Made by a program: the position numbers and the translations under genes
The notes under the pieces: model-generated
Databases searched by the model: none
What the model saw: the letters and a program-made list of their open reading frames with translations, nothing else
What the model was told of the DNA's origin: nothing
In this document: positions 45,150-55,021 of the stretch, in pieces
How the letters are laid out: every line of letters begins with the position of its first letter
Position numbering within the stretch: position 1 is the first letter of the stretch
Source: a bacterium
GTDB lineage: Bacteria > Patescibacteriota > Patescibacteriia > JBAXGH01
Assembly (NCBI GenBank): GCA_037139515.1
Contig: JBAXGH010000004.1
Location: 7,514-71,513 of the forward strand
DNA length: 64,000 nucleotides
Reading direction: 5' to 3'

Positions 45150-45385
45150 CCTCCGTCGTCCTCGAAAAATCAGCAGATTTTATCGAGGATCTAAGACAAC
45201 TGCATGGATCCCCGATAATTCGTGCTCGAATTTCGGGGAAGACGTACTTTAGGGCCAGCAAGGCACACAGAGGATCTTTCTGTTTCAAGAAACTGCCGTC
45301 TGGACTTTGCAGAACGCCCTGCCGGCGATTAAGCCGGCGAACACAAAGCCACCGGACTTCAGTCCGGTGGTCGTTTACTTTTGCA
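45150..45385 (+). ncRNA. Candidate structured small RNA, copy A (shares a 5' module with the 57977-58157 copy)
   Basis: Conserved TCGAAAAATCAGCAGATTTTATCGAG(G/A)ATC...GGATCC(C/T)CGATA...GGAAGACGT with covarying stems. It ends in the ccaccggacttcagtccggtgg hairpin plus a T-rich tail. Confidence 0.35.
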
Positions 45386-45424
45386 CAAAAAATCGGAACT
45401 CGACGCACGCAGGTCGGGTTCCGT

Positions 45425-45751
45425 TCAGGTCGGGGTGAAAAGACGAATGGCTTCGATGGCCTCGCATTCACGGCAGTAGCCGTGGCGAAGTTCTTCGGGG
45501 TTGTTTTCTTCCATGCGGGTACGGCGCCAGCGTCTCGCGGTCAATCGGAACATCATCGTGTTCATAGCGGCGTCGTCGTGGCCGTGAAACTCACTTGTTG
45601 CGCAGTCGGCGCCATCATGATTCGCGCAAAGCAGGTTCTCGTGGATAATCTTGAGTGCCGCAGACTCGTTTTCAGCTTCCACGACTGCGGTTTCACGCGG
45701 AGGTTCTTTTGAAGCGCCACGAGTTTCAAAAAAGTGCACAGCGATGAGCAT
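45425..45751 (-). CDS. Small Cys/His-rich hypothetical protein, higher-GC
   Basis: Start set at MLIAVHFF. The longer ORF would run into the palindromic element. HGYCRECEAI and CANHDGADC clusters. Confidence 0.4.
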   Translation of the reverse strand: MLIAVHFFETRGASKEPPRETAVVEAENESAALKIIHENLLCANHDGADCATSEFHGHDDAAMNTMMFRLTARRWRRTRMEENNPEELRHGYCRECEAIEAIRLFTPT

Positions 45752-45780
45752 GGTCTGCTCCTTTTTTGGTTGCGGGTTAG

Positions 45781-45980
45781 TAAGCCTGTTGCCATTTAAG
45801 CTCCAGCTCAAAATGGTAGCTTTCGGCAAACTCTAGGTAAAATATTTTTACCCTTCTACTTATGTTAAATAAGTCGGGTACCCTGTGGCTTAGCTATGGC
45901 TAAACAAAAAATATTTTACCGTCGACTTTGCTCGAAATCTACCTATTTTTATCAGGAAGCTTAAATGGCAACAGGCTTAC
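45781..45980. repeat. Rod-like palindromic element, copy 2
   Basis: Perfect 22-bp terminal inverted repeats, taagcctgttgccatttaagct and its reverse complement. Internal complementary halves. Homologous to 11750-11910. Confidence 0.6.
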
Positions 45981-46037
45981 TGGTTTGCTTATCACAAAAA
46001 CAAAAGCCCGGCAAGACCCGGGCTTTCGTTTGATGCC

Positions 46038-47204
46038 TTACTCCATTCGTGAAACCCACTTTCGAAGTACAGCGCCTTCTGCGGGACGTCTTTTTTCAAA
46101 AGCTTCACGATCGCTCGCTAAATATTTAGCGGTCAGTTCAGCCCAATATTCCGTCACTTTGATGTAAAGTTCTTTTTTTGGATCGTTGTTTTTGATTCGG
46201 TCAACGTAACCGGAGTGAAAGGCGCTTGAATCGGGGTAGCGAGTTTCGAAAAGTCCGCCAATATCTTCAAGAAACTCCAGCCTTTCTTGATTCGAAAGAA
46301 TTTCGGAGTTCATCCAGTCATTCGTGTGAGCCGACTCATGCAGGATTACTTCTATTAGTGAGGCTTTTCGAGCTCCGGCGGCGAATTTTTCAACCACATC
46401 TGGTTCTTCTTTAAATTCTGAAAACTCCCTGCGCGCTTCATCCATGCTTTTGACTTGCAAAAAAACACGAATGGGAACTCGGTGTTCGCTAATGCTTGTT
46501 GTTTGTACTTCGCCCCCAACAGTGCCGCCGGTGCCGTATTCCGCCGGCATCGATTTGACTTCGCGGTCGTAGATAATTTCTGTGGTTGAGTTTTTAAGCC
46601 AAAGACTTGTTGTGCGATATTCGAGCTGACTCCGAATTTCTTTTTCGCTAATACCTGGTTCATCGGGGAGGCCACGAATCGGGATATCGCGTTTTCGCAT
46701 CGATGATTTTTGTTCTTCGGTTGCAGCTTTCCATTCTTCGGAAATTGCCGCAAGGCTTTGACCGAGAGTATCGGTGTTAGCTTTTTCGCTGTTAATGTAA
46801 AGGTCTTTCTTGCCAGATTTTTCTCCAGCTTCAATATCTTCCACGAACCATTTCGCCTCATTGAATCCTCGAACGCGTAGGAGCGGACTGATGTTCTCTC
46901 CGTATTTTTCCTTGAGAGCAGCAACGCGCTCGTTTATTCGTTCTCGTTTGAAAATGTCACGAACAAAATCACATTCTTTTTTAATGCCTTCTTCGCGTTC
47001 ATCCAGTTCTTTTTTTGAAAGTTTTGTTTCGACGAAGGAATACCGGCTGGGTTCATGAGCGAGAGCTTTGCCGCCTACTAGGCTGACCGCAAGAGAGGAA
47101 GAGAGTGTAAAAACACGAAGCCATTTTAGGCGTTTGGATTTCTCGAATCTGTCCTGTGCTATAAGAGCTTCACTTCGTTCTTGGTTTTTAGGTTTTCCAA
47201 ACAT
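46038..47204 (-). CDS. Secreted/anchored zinc metalloprotease-like protein (HExxH)
   Basis: An N-terminal hydrophobic anchor and ILHESAHTNDW near the C-terminus. Confidence 0.6.
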   Translation of the reverse strand: MFGKPKNQERSEALIAQDRFEKSKRLKWLRVFTLSSSLAVSLVGGKALAHEPSRYSFVETKLSKKELDEREEGIKKECDFVRDIFKRERINERVAALKEKYGENISPLLRVRGFNEAKWFVEDIEAGEKSGKKDLYINSEKANTDTLGQSLAAISEEWKAATEEQKSSMRKRDIPIRGLPDEPGISEKEIRSQLEYRTTSLWLKNSTTEIIYDREVKSMPAEYGTGGTVGGEVQTTSISEHRVPIRVFLQVKSMDEARREFSEFKEEPDVVEKFAAGARKASLIEVILHESAHTNDWMNSEILSNQERLEFLEDIGGLFETRYPDSSAFHSGYVDRIKNNDPKKELYIKVTEYWAELTAKYLASDREAFEKRRPAEGAVLRKWVSRME

Positions 47205-47214
47205 AATCGTCTGG

Positions 47215-47523
47215 CTATCTTGTGATTTCTTTTTCTTTCGTGAGAAGCACCTGCCAGGCAGCAGTATTTCCGGATTTCAAAATCTCGATTTTTTTCTTGG
47301 TGAGAAGCGTAAACTTTTGACGCTCGTCAATCGAAAGCGATTCGAGAAATATAAACAACTCGCGTAACTCAAAAGGCGTGATGCGCGCGGTTGCTTCAAG
47401 AAGCAAAGAGACTTCTTCTGTGTTAAAAGAAAGTTCTTTGAGCTTATTTAGTATGTCTTTTTCTGAGTAAAAAGGTGCTGTCATAGGCGTTCTATTGCCG
47501 TGCGTAGCTACCGATTTCTTCAA
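47215..47523 (-). CDS. Small hypothetical protein
   Basis: An ORF downstream of smc on the same strand. Start uncertain. Confidence 0.4.
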   Translation of the reverse strand: MKKSVATHGNRTPMTAPFYSEKDILNKLKELSFNTEEVSLLLEATARITPFELRELFIFLESLSIDERQKFTLLTKKKIEILKSGNTAAWQVLLTKEKEITR

Positions 47524-49729
47524 GCTTGACCGAAAGTAATTTAGAGATTCCGTCGGTTCCCATGGTCACGCCGTACAAAATGTCCGCGGTTTCCATCGTC
47601 GTGCGGTTGTGGGTGATGATGACAAACTGTGTGCGCTCCGAAAGTTCTTTCAAAATTTCGGCGTAGCGACGCGAGTTGGCTTCGTCGAGCGCGGCGTCGA
47701 CTTCGTCCAGAATCACAAACGGCGACGGGTTCATGCTTATGATTGCGGCGATCAAAGCGAGCGAAGTCATGGCGCGTTCGCCGCCCGAAAGCAGGTTGAT
47801 CGATTTAAGTTTTTTGCCTGGAGGTGTGGCTTGAATATCGACGCCAACCAGTCCTTTAGTCTTCTCAACCTCAGCCTTTTCTTCGTCGGTCATGAGCGCG
47901 AGTTCTTCTTCCGTCACTTCCTGGCGCACTTCAAGAATTCGCGCGATACCGCCGCCAAAAATCTTTTTGAAATATCTTTCGAACTCGCGATTCAGAATTT
48001 TGAGCGCCGCTTCCGAGCGCGACTGAATTTCTTCGCCCAACTCTTTCATGATTTTTTTGGTATCGATAATCGCCGCGTCCAAATCGGTGATTTGAGTTGT
48101 GAGGTGGTCGTGGCGCGCTTTAACTTCTTCAAATTCCTGAGGCACGCCCGGGTCAATTCCGCCGATAAATTCCAGCTTGCGCTTAATCGAGAACATTTCT
48201 TCACGCAGTTGTTCGTGATTCAGAGAGTTGGAGCTTTCTTGATTTCTTGATTTATTGTTTTCTTGATTTTTTATTCCAGCAACCTGCTCTTCCCCGAGCG
48301 CTCCATGCATTTCTTCGTTCAAAGTTTCGCGACGGGTTTCGACGCGGGCGATTTCCACCCGGACTTCGTTTAGCGAGCGCTCCAGATCAAACAAAGCACG
48401 CTGATGAACCTGAGCTGAGCGCTGCAATTCAAAAAGCGCGCCCTTCTTTTTTTGCTCGTTCTTGGAATAATCGGCGAGTAACATTTCGGACTCGCGAATC
48501 TTCGGATTGAAGGCTTCAATCAGTTTTGTGAGCTCCGCAAGTTCGGCGAGGAGCACCGGATCTTCCTTTGGTTTCTCATCATCCGGCGGGCGCTGCAAGC
48601 CGGTTAAAAGTTTGTGGGCGCGCTCGTGAAGAAGGGAAAGTGAGTCGTGGCAGGTTGCGAGTACATCTTTTCCGCCTTTCAAACAGGTGCCGAGTTCGCG
48701 AACGATAGCATCGATTTCGGCGATGATTTTTGAAAGCGGCAATGGTACGAATGGTTTTTCGAGGCGAATCTTTTGAACCGCGATTTTTCGTTCAAGTTCA
48801 AAGCGCGCGTGTTCGAGTTTGGTTTTTTCGCGCACCAATTCCTGATACGAAGCCTGCATCTTGGAAAGATCGCCGGTTTCTTCTTCGTATTTTTCCATGC
48901 CGGCGAAAGTCGCATTAGCTTCATCGACTTTTTTCTTTTTTTCATCAAGCGCGGCTTCGGCGGTCGCGAGTTTCAATCTTAAAGCGCCTTCGTGGCTCAC
49001 GAGTTCGTGCCAAAGACCGCCGTAATATTGGCCTTGAACCAAACCCAAGTCGCGTTCCAGATCCTCGCGCTGTTTCAGGCGGTTCATTTGGCGCTCCAAA
49101 GCTTTGAGGTGGGGGACGATTTCGGCGAGAATAGTTTGCGCCTGTTTCAAGTTGTCTTCGGAGCGGTCGAGTTTGAGTTCGGCTTGGTGACGTTTGAGCT
49201 GTAATGATTTAACGCCGGCGGCATCATCAAAAAATTCTTTGCGTTCATGAGGTGCGGCAACCAAAACGTGGTCAATCATGCCTTGGGCGATGACGCCGTA
49301 AGAACGCTGGCCGAAATTGGCTTCGGCAAGAAGCAGCTGAATATCCGACAGGCGAACATTGTTGCCGTTCAACAAATATTCGGAATCACCGTCACGATAG
49401 AGCCGTCGCGAAATCACGATTTGCGCGTAATCGATCTTGGCGCGCTTATCTTCGTTATTGATAGTGATGGTGGCTTCGGCGAAACCAGAGCGCCCACGAC
49501 CTTCGGAGCCGGAGAAAATCACGTCTTCGGAATTTTTGCCGCGCAATAGCTTAAGCGATTGTTCGCCCAAGACCCAGCGTACCGAGTCCGCGATATTAGA
49601 TTTGCCGCTGCCATTCGGTCCGACGACGGCGGTGATGTGATGAGGCTTGCCCTTGCCATTATCAAAATTCAAAATGGTTTTTTGGGCGAAAGTTTTAAAG
49701 CCGACAAGTTCGAGGCTTTCTAAATGCAT
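47492..49729 (-). CDS. smc: Chromosome segregation SMC-like ATPase, short form (745 aa)
   Basis: N-terminal Walker A GPNGSGKSN, a coiled-coil middle, and a C-terminal LSGGERAMTSLALIAAI...FVILDEVDAALD. Confidence 0.8.
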   Translation of the reverse strand: MHLESLELVGFKTFAQKTILNFDNGKGKPHHITAVVGPNGSGKSNIADSVRWVLGEQSLKLLRGKNSEDVIFSGSEGRGRSGFAEATITINNEDKRAKIDYAQIVISRRLYRDGDSEYLLNGNNVRLSDIQLLLAEANFGQRSYGVIAQGMIDHVLVAAPHERKEFFDDAAGVKSLQLKRHQAELKLDRSEDNLKQAQTILAEIVPHLKALERQMNRLKQREDLERDLGLVQGQYYGGLWHELVSHEGALRLKLATAEAALDEKKKKVDEANATFAGMEKYEEETGDLSKMQASYQELVREKTKLEHARFELERKIAVQKIRLEKPFVPLPLSKIIAEIDAIVRELGTCLKGGKDVLATCHDSLSLLHERAHKLLTGLQRPPDDEKPKEDPVLLAELAELTKLIEAFNPKIRESEMLLADYSKNEQKKKGALFELQRSAQVHQRALFDLERSLNEVRVEIARVETRRETLNEEMHGALGEEQVAGIKNQENNKSRNQESSNSLNHEQLREEMFSIKRKLEFIGGIDPGVPQEFEEVKARHDHLTTQITDLDAAIIDTKKIMKELGEEIQSRSEAALKILNREFERYFKKIFGGGIARILEVRQEVTEEELALMTDEEKAEVEKTKGLVGVDIQATPPGKKLKSINLLSGGERAMTSLALIAAIISMNPSPFVILDEVDAALDEANSRRYAEILKELSERTQFVIITHNRTTMETADILYGVTMGTDGISKLLSVKLEEIGSYARQ

Positions 49730-49820
49730 AAAAATGATGTTTGAGTCTGTAGCTTATCGCGAAAAGCTCAAAAAAACAAAACCGCCATGGTTTTGGCGGG
49801 TTTGTTTTTGTAATTTGAGT

Positions 49821-51689
49821 CTATTTGGTCCACGGCATGGTTCGCTTGCTGAAGTAATCCTTAGCCTGATCAAGCAGAATATCTCCGGCCTTAGTCAAGC
49901 CCACTTTATCACCGACTTTAAGACGAATTTCTTCAACCATATTACTTGTGCTGAATCGCGGATCGGCATCCTGAAGCTTGTAGTAGGCATCAACCGCGAA
50001 CTTATGAATATCATTTGCGGTATTCTTGACGCCATACTGCGCCGGATTCTTTTTCACGATAGCTTCGACGGTATCGACGATACCACTTCCAGGTTTAACG
50101 GACTCATAAACCGGTAAGCCGGTTGGGACGGGAGGAGCGACCGGAGCTTTTTCAAACCAACCTTCCATGATACCGACGCTTGCGAGTGCGGCGATGGCAC
50201 CGATCGCCTTCGCAGCCGTATCTTTCCAACGCTTCACCTTAACCTGTTCGGCCCAAAGTGCGCTTGAAGCTCCGTGCATTTCGCGAACCTTGAGTTCGGC
50301 GGCATGCATGGTCTCGCGAGCTTTTTCCGGCATCGTTTCCAGGGCTTCTTGCGTTTCCATGTCGACGGCCTCGGCACGCTTCATTCGCTCTGCATAAAGG
50401 ACTTTATAGCCTTCATGGCCTTTCACGGATTTGCTTCCGTGTGTGGCGCTGGTTTCGACGTTCTGCATGAGCTTGTCAATTTGCTCAGTTGTCATTTCAG
50501 AAACTTCTTTTGCGTTTAGCTTTTCGGAAGTCTGGCTGATGAATAGCCGTTCAGCGCCTCCGTAGACTCCGAGTCCGGTACCAAATCCGCTAAAAGCTGT
50601 TTTTGCGGTGGCAAAGGCTACGGCACCGGCAACTCCCAAGGCTCCGCCGACTGATCCGACTGCAAAGCCGCCACCAACCAAAGCTCCGCCAATCAAGACA
50701 CGTTTCGTGAGGCTAAGCTTCTTGTACGAATCGATGGCTTTTTTGTACCAAGGCATGACCTTGGCTTTCTCGGTTTCCATTTCGGCAGCAAGCTGCATGC
50801 GCTCTTCGACCATGAGCATCTGGCTCGCGCCAATCATCTCCGCTTCGGCTTCGCGATATTCTTTCTCAGCGTTATCGTATTCCTCTTTCATGACCCAATA
50901 TTCGGTTTTGCCGTTTGTCGTGAAGCGATTGACGGCGCCAAAACCTTGATACTTGCGAATCTTATTTGACCAAATAACAAACTCGTTGCGCTTTTCAGCG
51001 GCAATCGCCTTGAGTTCTTCAAAGCTCGGACTTTCATCCTCAGGAGTTTTAGGTACTTCCGGGGTTTTTGGAGTCTCTGGGCGAGGTGGGGCTGGTGGCA
51101 CTTCCGGTCTAGGTGGTACTTCCGGTTTCACCGGCGGAACTACCGGCGGAAGTTCATCATCCCAAAAAGCATCAACGCCTTTCGGGTTAGGTTTATCGCC
51201 AGGTCTAAGCGCTCGTGTGCGAGATGGTTTTTTTGGAGGAGTTGGCGGCGTTTCTTCGTCCCAAATAGCGTCTACGACCGGTTTTTTAACATCCGGTTTT
51301 TTGCGATTATTGATTTGCTCCCGAAGAGTTTCGATGCGGCGTGCCAGATCAAGTAAGCGGCGCTGTCTTTCGTTGTTCTTCTCGCGCATGTCGGCATTTT
51401 CAGGTTTGCCGGAATGCTGTGCGAGTTCATGATAAGCCCGTTCAGCCTTGAGCTGCTCGTTATGCATGTGCGTGAGCATTTCCGTGGCCTGCGCATCGGT
51501 CAGTGTTTCCGGTTTGACGACGCGACTTTCATCGATGTTATTCTTGGTTCTTTCTTCCGGCGTGAAGGTGCTGAAAAGCAGGCCGCGCATGCGGTCTTGA
51601 TTTTCTTTTTTCTGTTTTTCCTGCGCTGCCTTTTCTGCTTGTTCTGCGGCGGCCCCCGTATTCGATCCTCGTTCTGGAGAAGCTGGCAT
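49821..51689 (-). CDS. Pro-rich, glycine-zipper membrane-anchored hypothetical protein (622 aa)
   Basis: PEVPPRPEVPPAPPRPETPKTPEVPKTPE repeats and the TM segment LIGGALVGGGFAVGSVGGALGVAGAVAFA. Confidence 0.6.
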   Translation of the reverse strand: MPASPERGSNTGAAAEQAEKAAQEKQKKENQDRMRGLLFSTFTPEERTKNNIDESRVVKPETLTDAQATEMLTHMHNEQLKAERAYHELAQHSGKPENADMREKNNERQRRLLDLARRIETLREQINNRKKPDVKKPVVDAIWDEETPPTPPKKPSRTRALRPGDKPNPKGVDAFWDDELPPVVPPVKPEVPPRPEVPPAPPRPETPKTPEVPKTPEDESPSFEELKAIAAEKRNEFVIWSNKIRKYQGFGAVNRFTTNGKTEYWVMKEEYDNAEKEYREAEAEMIGASQMLMVEERMQLAAEMETEKAKVMPWYKKAIDSYKKLSLTKRVLIGGALVGGGFAVGSVGGALGVAGAVAFATAKTAFSGFGTGLGVYGGAERLFISQTSEKLNAKEVSEMTTEQIDKLMQNVETSATHGSKSVKGHEGYKVLYAERMKRAEAVDMETQEALETMPEKARETMHAAELKVREMHGASSALWAEQVKVKRWKDTAAKAIGAIAALASVGIMEGWFEKAPVAPPVPTGLPVYESVKPGSGIVDTVEAIVKKNPAQYGVKNTANDIHKFAVDAYYKLQDADPRFSTSNMVEEIRLKVGDKVGLTKAGDILLDQAKDYFSKRTMPWTK

Positions 51690-51715
51690 ATTTTTATAAA
51701 ATCAAGCGAGAGAGA

Positions 51716-52018
51716 TTAATCTTTTGGCAAGCTAGCAATTAACTCATCTTTGATTTTCATGGCTTCTTCCTCTGCAATCTCGTTGAAGTTTGGAACTAGG
51801 CCTGCGAGATAGTCCATCAGCTTGTCTGGCGTATCGGAAAGCTTTTCAACTTCGGCTTGCTGCTCTTCGGTTAAATTGTCGGTGAGTCGCATGGCGAGAT
51901 TGACCTGAACGAGTTCGGAAAGGCGAGTCAGGAATTTGATTTTCTTCTGTTCCGGCCAGGCGTCAAGCTTTAAAGCTGTGAGCAGGCTTTGGGAATTCAT
52001 CGAGTCAGCAAAAGACAT
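51716..52018 (-). CDS. Small hypothetical protein (100 aa; no recognisable motif)
   Basis: A 100-aa ORF with no recognisable motif. Confidence 0.4.
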   Translation of the reverse strand: MSFADSMNSQSLLTALKLDAWPEQKKIKFLTRLSELVQVNLAMRLTDNLTEEQQAEVEKLSDTPDKLMDYLAGLVPNFNEIAEEEAMKIKDELIASLPKD

Positions 52019-52079
52019 AATTGTGCAATTAAAAATAATTGTGATTATTATAGCACCTTTTACTCGTGAAAATATAAAA

Positions 52080-52112
52080 CCGCCCCGGACGATGAACGTC
52101 GGGGCGGGGGTT
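52080..52112. terminator. GC-rich hairpin terminator
   Basis: ccgccccggacgatgaacgtcggggcggggg. Confidence 0.45.
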
Positions 52113-52127
52113 GGTCAGGCGGGCAGG

Positions 52128-52553
52128 TCAATCGATGCTTGCGGAAAGAGCGATGAGAGCGCGCCTGTCATGCAGCGCGTAGATTTCGGTTAGGCTCGCC
52201 GGCTCCAGGTCGTCGGTCTTCACTTCGACGATAAGCACGGCCTGATTTTCACGCCTCCTGTAGGTGCGGAAAATCGGGAGCCTGAAGGTCTTCACGCCAC
52301 CCGGAACCGCGAAACTCATCGAAAGAACGGTGATTTCGGAGTCGAGTTTGCTTGGCTCCGATTGGAACTCGATGCTGACGTCAAGAGCATAGGCTCCCTG
52401 GTCAATGACGACGCCTTTCAGGTTTTCTTTTGCGACCGTGATGGCGCCAGGTTCGGGCGCCTTCTTTGGTTCCGGCGACGCCTTCTCGAAGCTCTTCATG
52501 GCGCGTCGTGCGCGAAGCTCATCAATTGAAACAATCTCTGCTAGTTCATTCAT
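52128..52553 (-). CDS. Hypothetical protein, higher-GC
   Basis: A 141-aa ORF with no recognisable motif. Confidence 0.45.
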   Translation of the reverse strand: MNELAEIVSIDELRARRAMKSFEKASPEPKKAPEPGAITVAKENLKGVVIDQGAYALDVSIEFQSEPSKLDSEITVLSMSFAVPGGVKTFRLPIFRTYRRRENQAVLIVEVKTDDLEPASLTEIYALHDRRALIALSASID

Positions 52554-52688
52554 GGCTAATCTCCTTTATGGCTAAGCTATCAGAAAAATCTGGCTTTGTC
52601 AAGGGCTCGGTGATAAGCCCAAAATGCCTGTGATATAATAAGAGCATATCTAGAAGGGACAAATATTTTTTAATTTATTGAAGAAGGT

Positions 52689-53696
52689 ATGGCTATAAAA
52701 AAGACAAAAAAACTTTCGGCTTCACCGGAGAATTTGCCGGTCGTAGATGAAGCTGTTTCAGTCAAAGCAAAAAAATCACCAAAGAAAATGGTGATGGAGA
52801 AGGTGGCTCCGATGCAGAAAGAGAGAAGTTTAAAAGAGCTGGAAAGCGAAATCGACAGTCTTTTGAATCTACCGGTTCTTGCCGCGGAAGTTGAAGAGTC
52901 GCCGGTTGTGGCTCCGAAAGTTATTGAAGTACCAAAGCCAGAACCCGTTCAGCCAATTATCGCGCCAAGAGCGATGTTGCGCCCGATCGTGCGCCCGCCG
53001 ATTAAGCCAAGCGCTCAATATCAGGTCAAGCACGTTGGAACACAGTCAGCTACGCATACAAAAACCAAAACAGCCGTAGCGGTTTCGCTTATCGCCGCCG
53101 GAGCCTTGGCGCTTGCAGCCGGAGCAGCCTTGCTTTCGTTGCGCAGTAATACGCAACAAACGCCCCTCAAGGGACCGTACGCGACTATTGCGACGAGGTT
53201 TGCGACTATGACGCTTCGTGCCCGTTCGATTATCAAATTTGTGTTTGTGTCGAATAATCAAATTACGCCTGGAGTCGTGACCGATATCGTAGGCGACGGT
53301 AGTGAACACGCCATTGCTTCGTTTAAAGTAAATACGCTTGGTTCCGATTGGACTTTCGAAAAAATGCGCGTGAATATCGTGGGATACGAAATGCTGAAGG
53401 GGATTATGGTGCGAGATGAAATTGGAAGAATGGTTTCTGGATCTTATGTGGCTGTTTCTGGGATGCCGGGGACTTATGACTTGTCTTTTTCTGAAGATGT
53501 CGCCTTGGACTCTTCCAAGGTTTACACGGTTTACGCATCTTTCGGTCTTCAAAGTGGCAAGTGGCCTGCCAAGCTTACGGTCATGAAAGAAAATTTCGTG
53601 GCACGCACGGCTACCGGCGAAGTCTCTTCGGCGCTCGCAGCTCCGATTTCCGGACCTGATTTCCGTGTTGTCGCGGCTCCGAAAAAGAAAAAATAA
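52689..53696 (+). CDS. Membrane-anchored/secreted hypothetical protein
   Basis: A Lys-rich N-terminus and the TM segment VAVSLIAAGALALAAGAALL. No recognisable motif. Confidence 0.55.
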   Translation: MAIKKTKKLSASPENLPVVDEAVSVKAKKSPKKMVMEKVAPMQKERSLKELESEIDSLLNLPVLAAEVEESPVVAPKVIEVPKPEPVQPIIAPRAMLRPIVRPPIKPSAQYQVKHVGTQSATHTKTKTAVAVSLIAAGALALAAGAALLSLRSNTQQTPLKGPYATIATRFATMTLRARSIIKFVFVSNNQITPGVVTDIVGDGSEHAIASFKVNTLGSDWTFEKMRVNIVGYEMLKGIMVRDEIGRMVSGSYVAVSGMPGTYDLSFSEDVALDSSKVYTVYASFGLQSGKWPAKLTVMKENFVARTATGEVSSALAAPISGPDFRVVAAPKKKK

Positions 53697-55007
53697 ATGA
53701 GTGAGTTATTTCTCGGCGTTTTCGCATTGTTGCCTTTGATTATTGATGCATCTGCGATAAGACCATTCGAAACGCCAAAAATTCAATTATTCGAAATCGC
53801 CGTCGTATTTTTTGCGGCGGCGGTTTTGATTTCTAGGTTCCACAGTCGTTTGCGCTCAGGCAAGTGTCCCTCGGGGACAGTCCCCGGGGGACACCTGCCT
53901 GGAGTAGACGTGTCCACTTTGGATTTATGCGTGCTTGGAAGTTTTGCAATCTTAGCGCTTGCTTCAGCCTTTTCGATTTCACCGGGTTTGTCGTTCTTTG
54001 GTTCGGAGGAGCGGGTTTTAGGATTAGTTTTTTATCTTGCCGTTACAGCGATGTATTTCTGTATTCGAATCGATGCCAACTCTGAAGGTTTGCGGAAATA
54101 TTTTTTCGCGAGCCTCGCGGTTTCCGTAATCGTCGCGGTCTACGGTATCGCGCAGTGGTTCGGATTTGATGTCGCGGGTTTGCAGAATTCTTTTCCGGTC
54201 TACGGAACCTATGGCGCCGAGCGCGCTTTTGGAACCATCGGGCATCCGAATCTTTTTGCTGCCTATCTCGCGATGATTCTGCCCTTCGCCCTGCTTTTAC
54301 CGCGATTTTGGATGCGAACTCTTTTTGTGTTCATACTCTCGTTTGCGATTTTAGCCTCGTATTCACGCGCCGCTTGGATTGCTGCCGGCCTTGGCATGAT
54401 GGCTTCGGTTTCGTGTCTTTATCCGGTTTTGGCGCGAAAATGGTTACCACGATTTGCGGGAATTGCCGCGGTCTTAATAACCGTGATTTTTCTAAACGGG
54501 CCAAGCCTTCTCAACTCTTCGAATTCATTTTTGTTTCGTCTCGGAACTTTGACTGATTTTCAAAACGGCTCGGCGCGAGCGCGTTTGGAGGAGTGGAAGT
54601 TTGGCGCGACAAAATTACTCGAGCGTCCGATTTTGGGCTATGGCCCGGAAACCTATGCGCTTATTTCCTATACGCGAGTAAAAAATCCGCATGAAGCGGC
54701 CCGCGGCGCCCCGGGTCCGGATCCGTCGATTGCCGACAGGCTTCATAATTTGGAGCTGGATACTCTGTGGAACTCCGGGATTCTTGGACTCGTGGCGCTA
54801 CTCATGACGCTCTGGTTTGCGTTTCGTGAGTTGCGAGTCTGGCTAAAATCCGGAAAAAATCGCGTTGAAGCCGCGGCCGTCATGGGTTCGCTCGTCGCAT
54901 ATCTTGTTGCAAATCAAGCGGGTTTTGATTTTTCAGTGACAGCGATTTTGTTTTCGCTTTTGCTCGCGAGAATCGCTTTTGCGGAAGAAGAAAAACCGGA
55001 GTTTTGA
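53697..55007 (+). CDS. O-antigen ligase (Wzy_C/WaaL-like) family membrane protein with an in-frame palindrome insert
   Basis: Multi-TM, with YSRAAWIAAGLGMMASV (Wzy_C-like). The segment GKCPSGTVPGGHLPG is encoded by the 32-bp palindrome at 53863-53894. Confidence 0.6.
   Translation: MSELFLGVFALLPLIIDASAIRPFETPKIQLFEIAVVFFAAAVLISRFHSRLRSGKCPSGTVPGGHLPGVDVSTLDLCVLGSFAILALASAFSISPGLSFFGSEERVLGLVFYLAVTAMYFCIRIDANSEGLRKYFFASLAVSVIVAVYGIAQWFGFDVAGLQNSFPVYGTYGAERAFGTIGHPNLFAAYLAMILPFALLLPRFWMRTLFVFILSFAILASYSRAAWIAAGLGMMASVSCLYPVLARKWLPRFAGIAAVLITVIFLNGPSLLNSSNSFLFRLGTLTDFQNGSARARLEEWKFGATKLLERPILGYGPETYALISYTRVKNPHEAARGAPGPDPSIADRLHNLELDTLWNSGILGLVALLMTLWFAFRELRVWLKSGKNRVEAAAVMGSLVAYLVANQAGFDFSVTAILFSLLLARIAFAEEEKPEF
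53863..53894. repeat. 32-bp near-perfect palindrome GTGTCCCTCGGGGACAGTCCCCGGGGGACAC (GGGACWGTCCC family) inside a coding sequence
   Basis: One mismatch between the arms. The reading frame is maintained. Confidence 0.6.
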
Positions 55008-55021
55008 TATAATGCTGCTAT

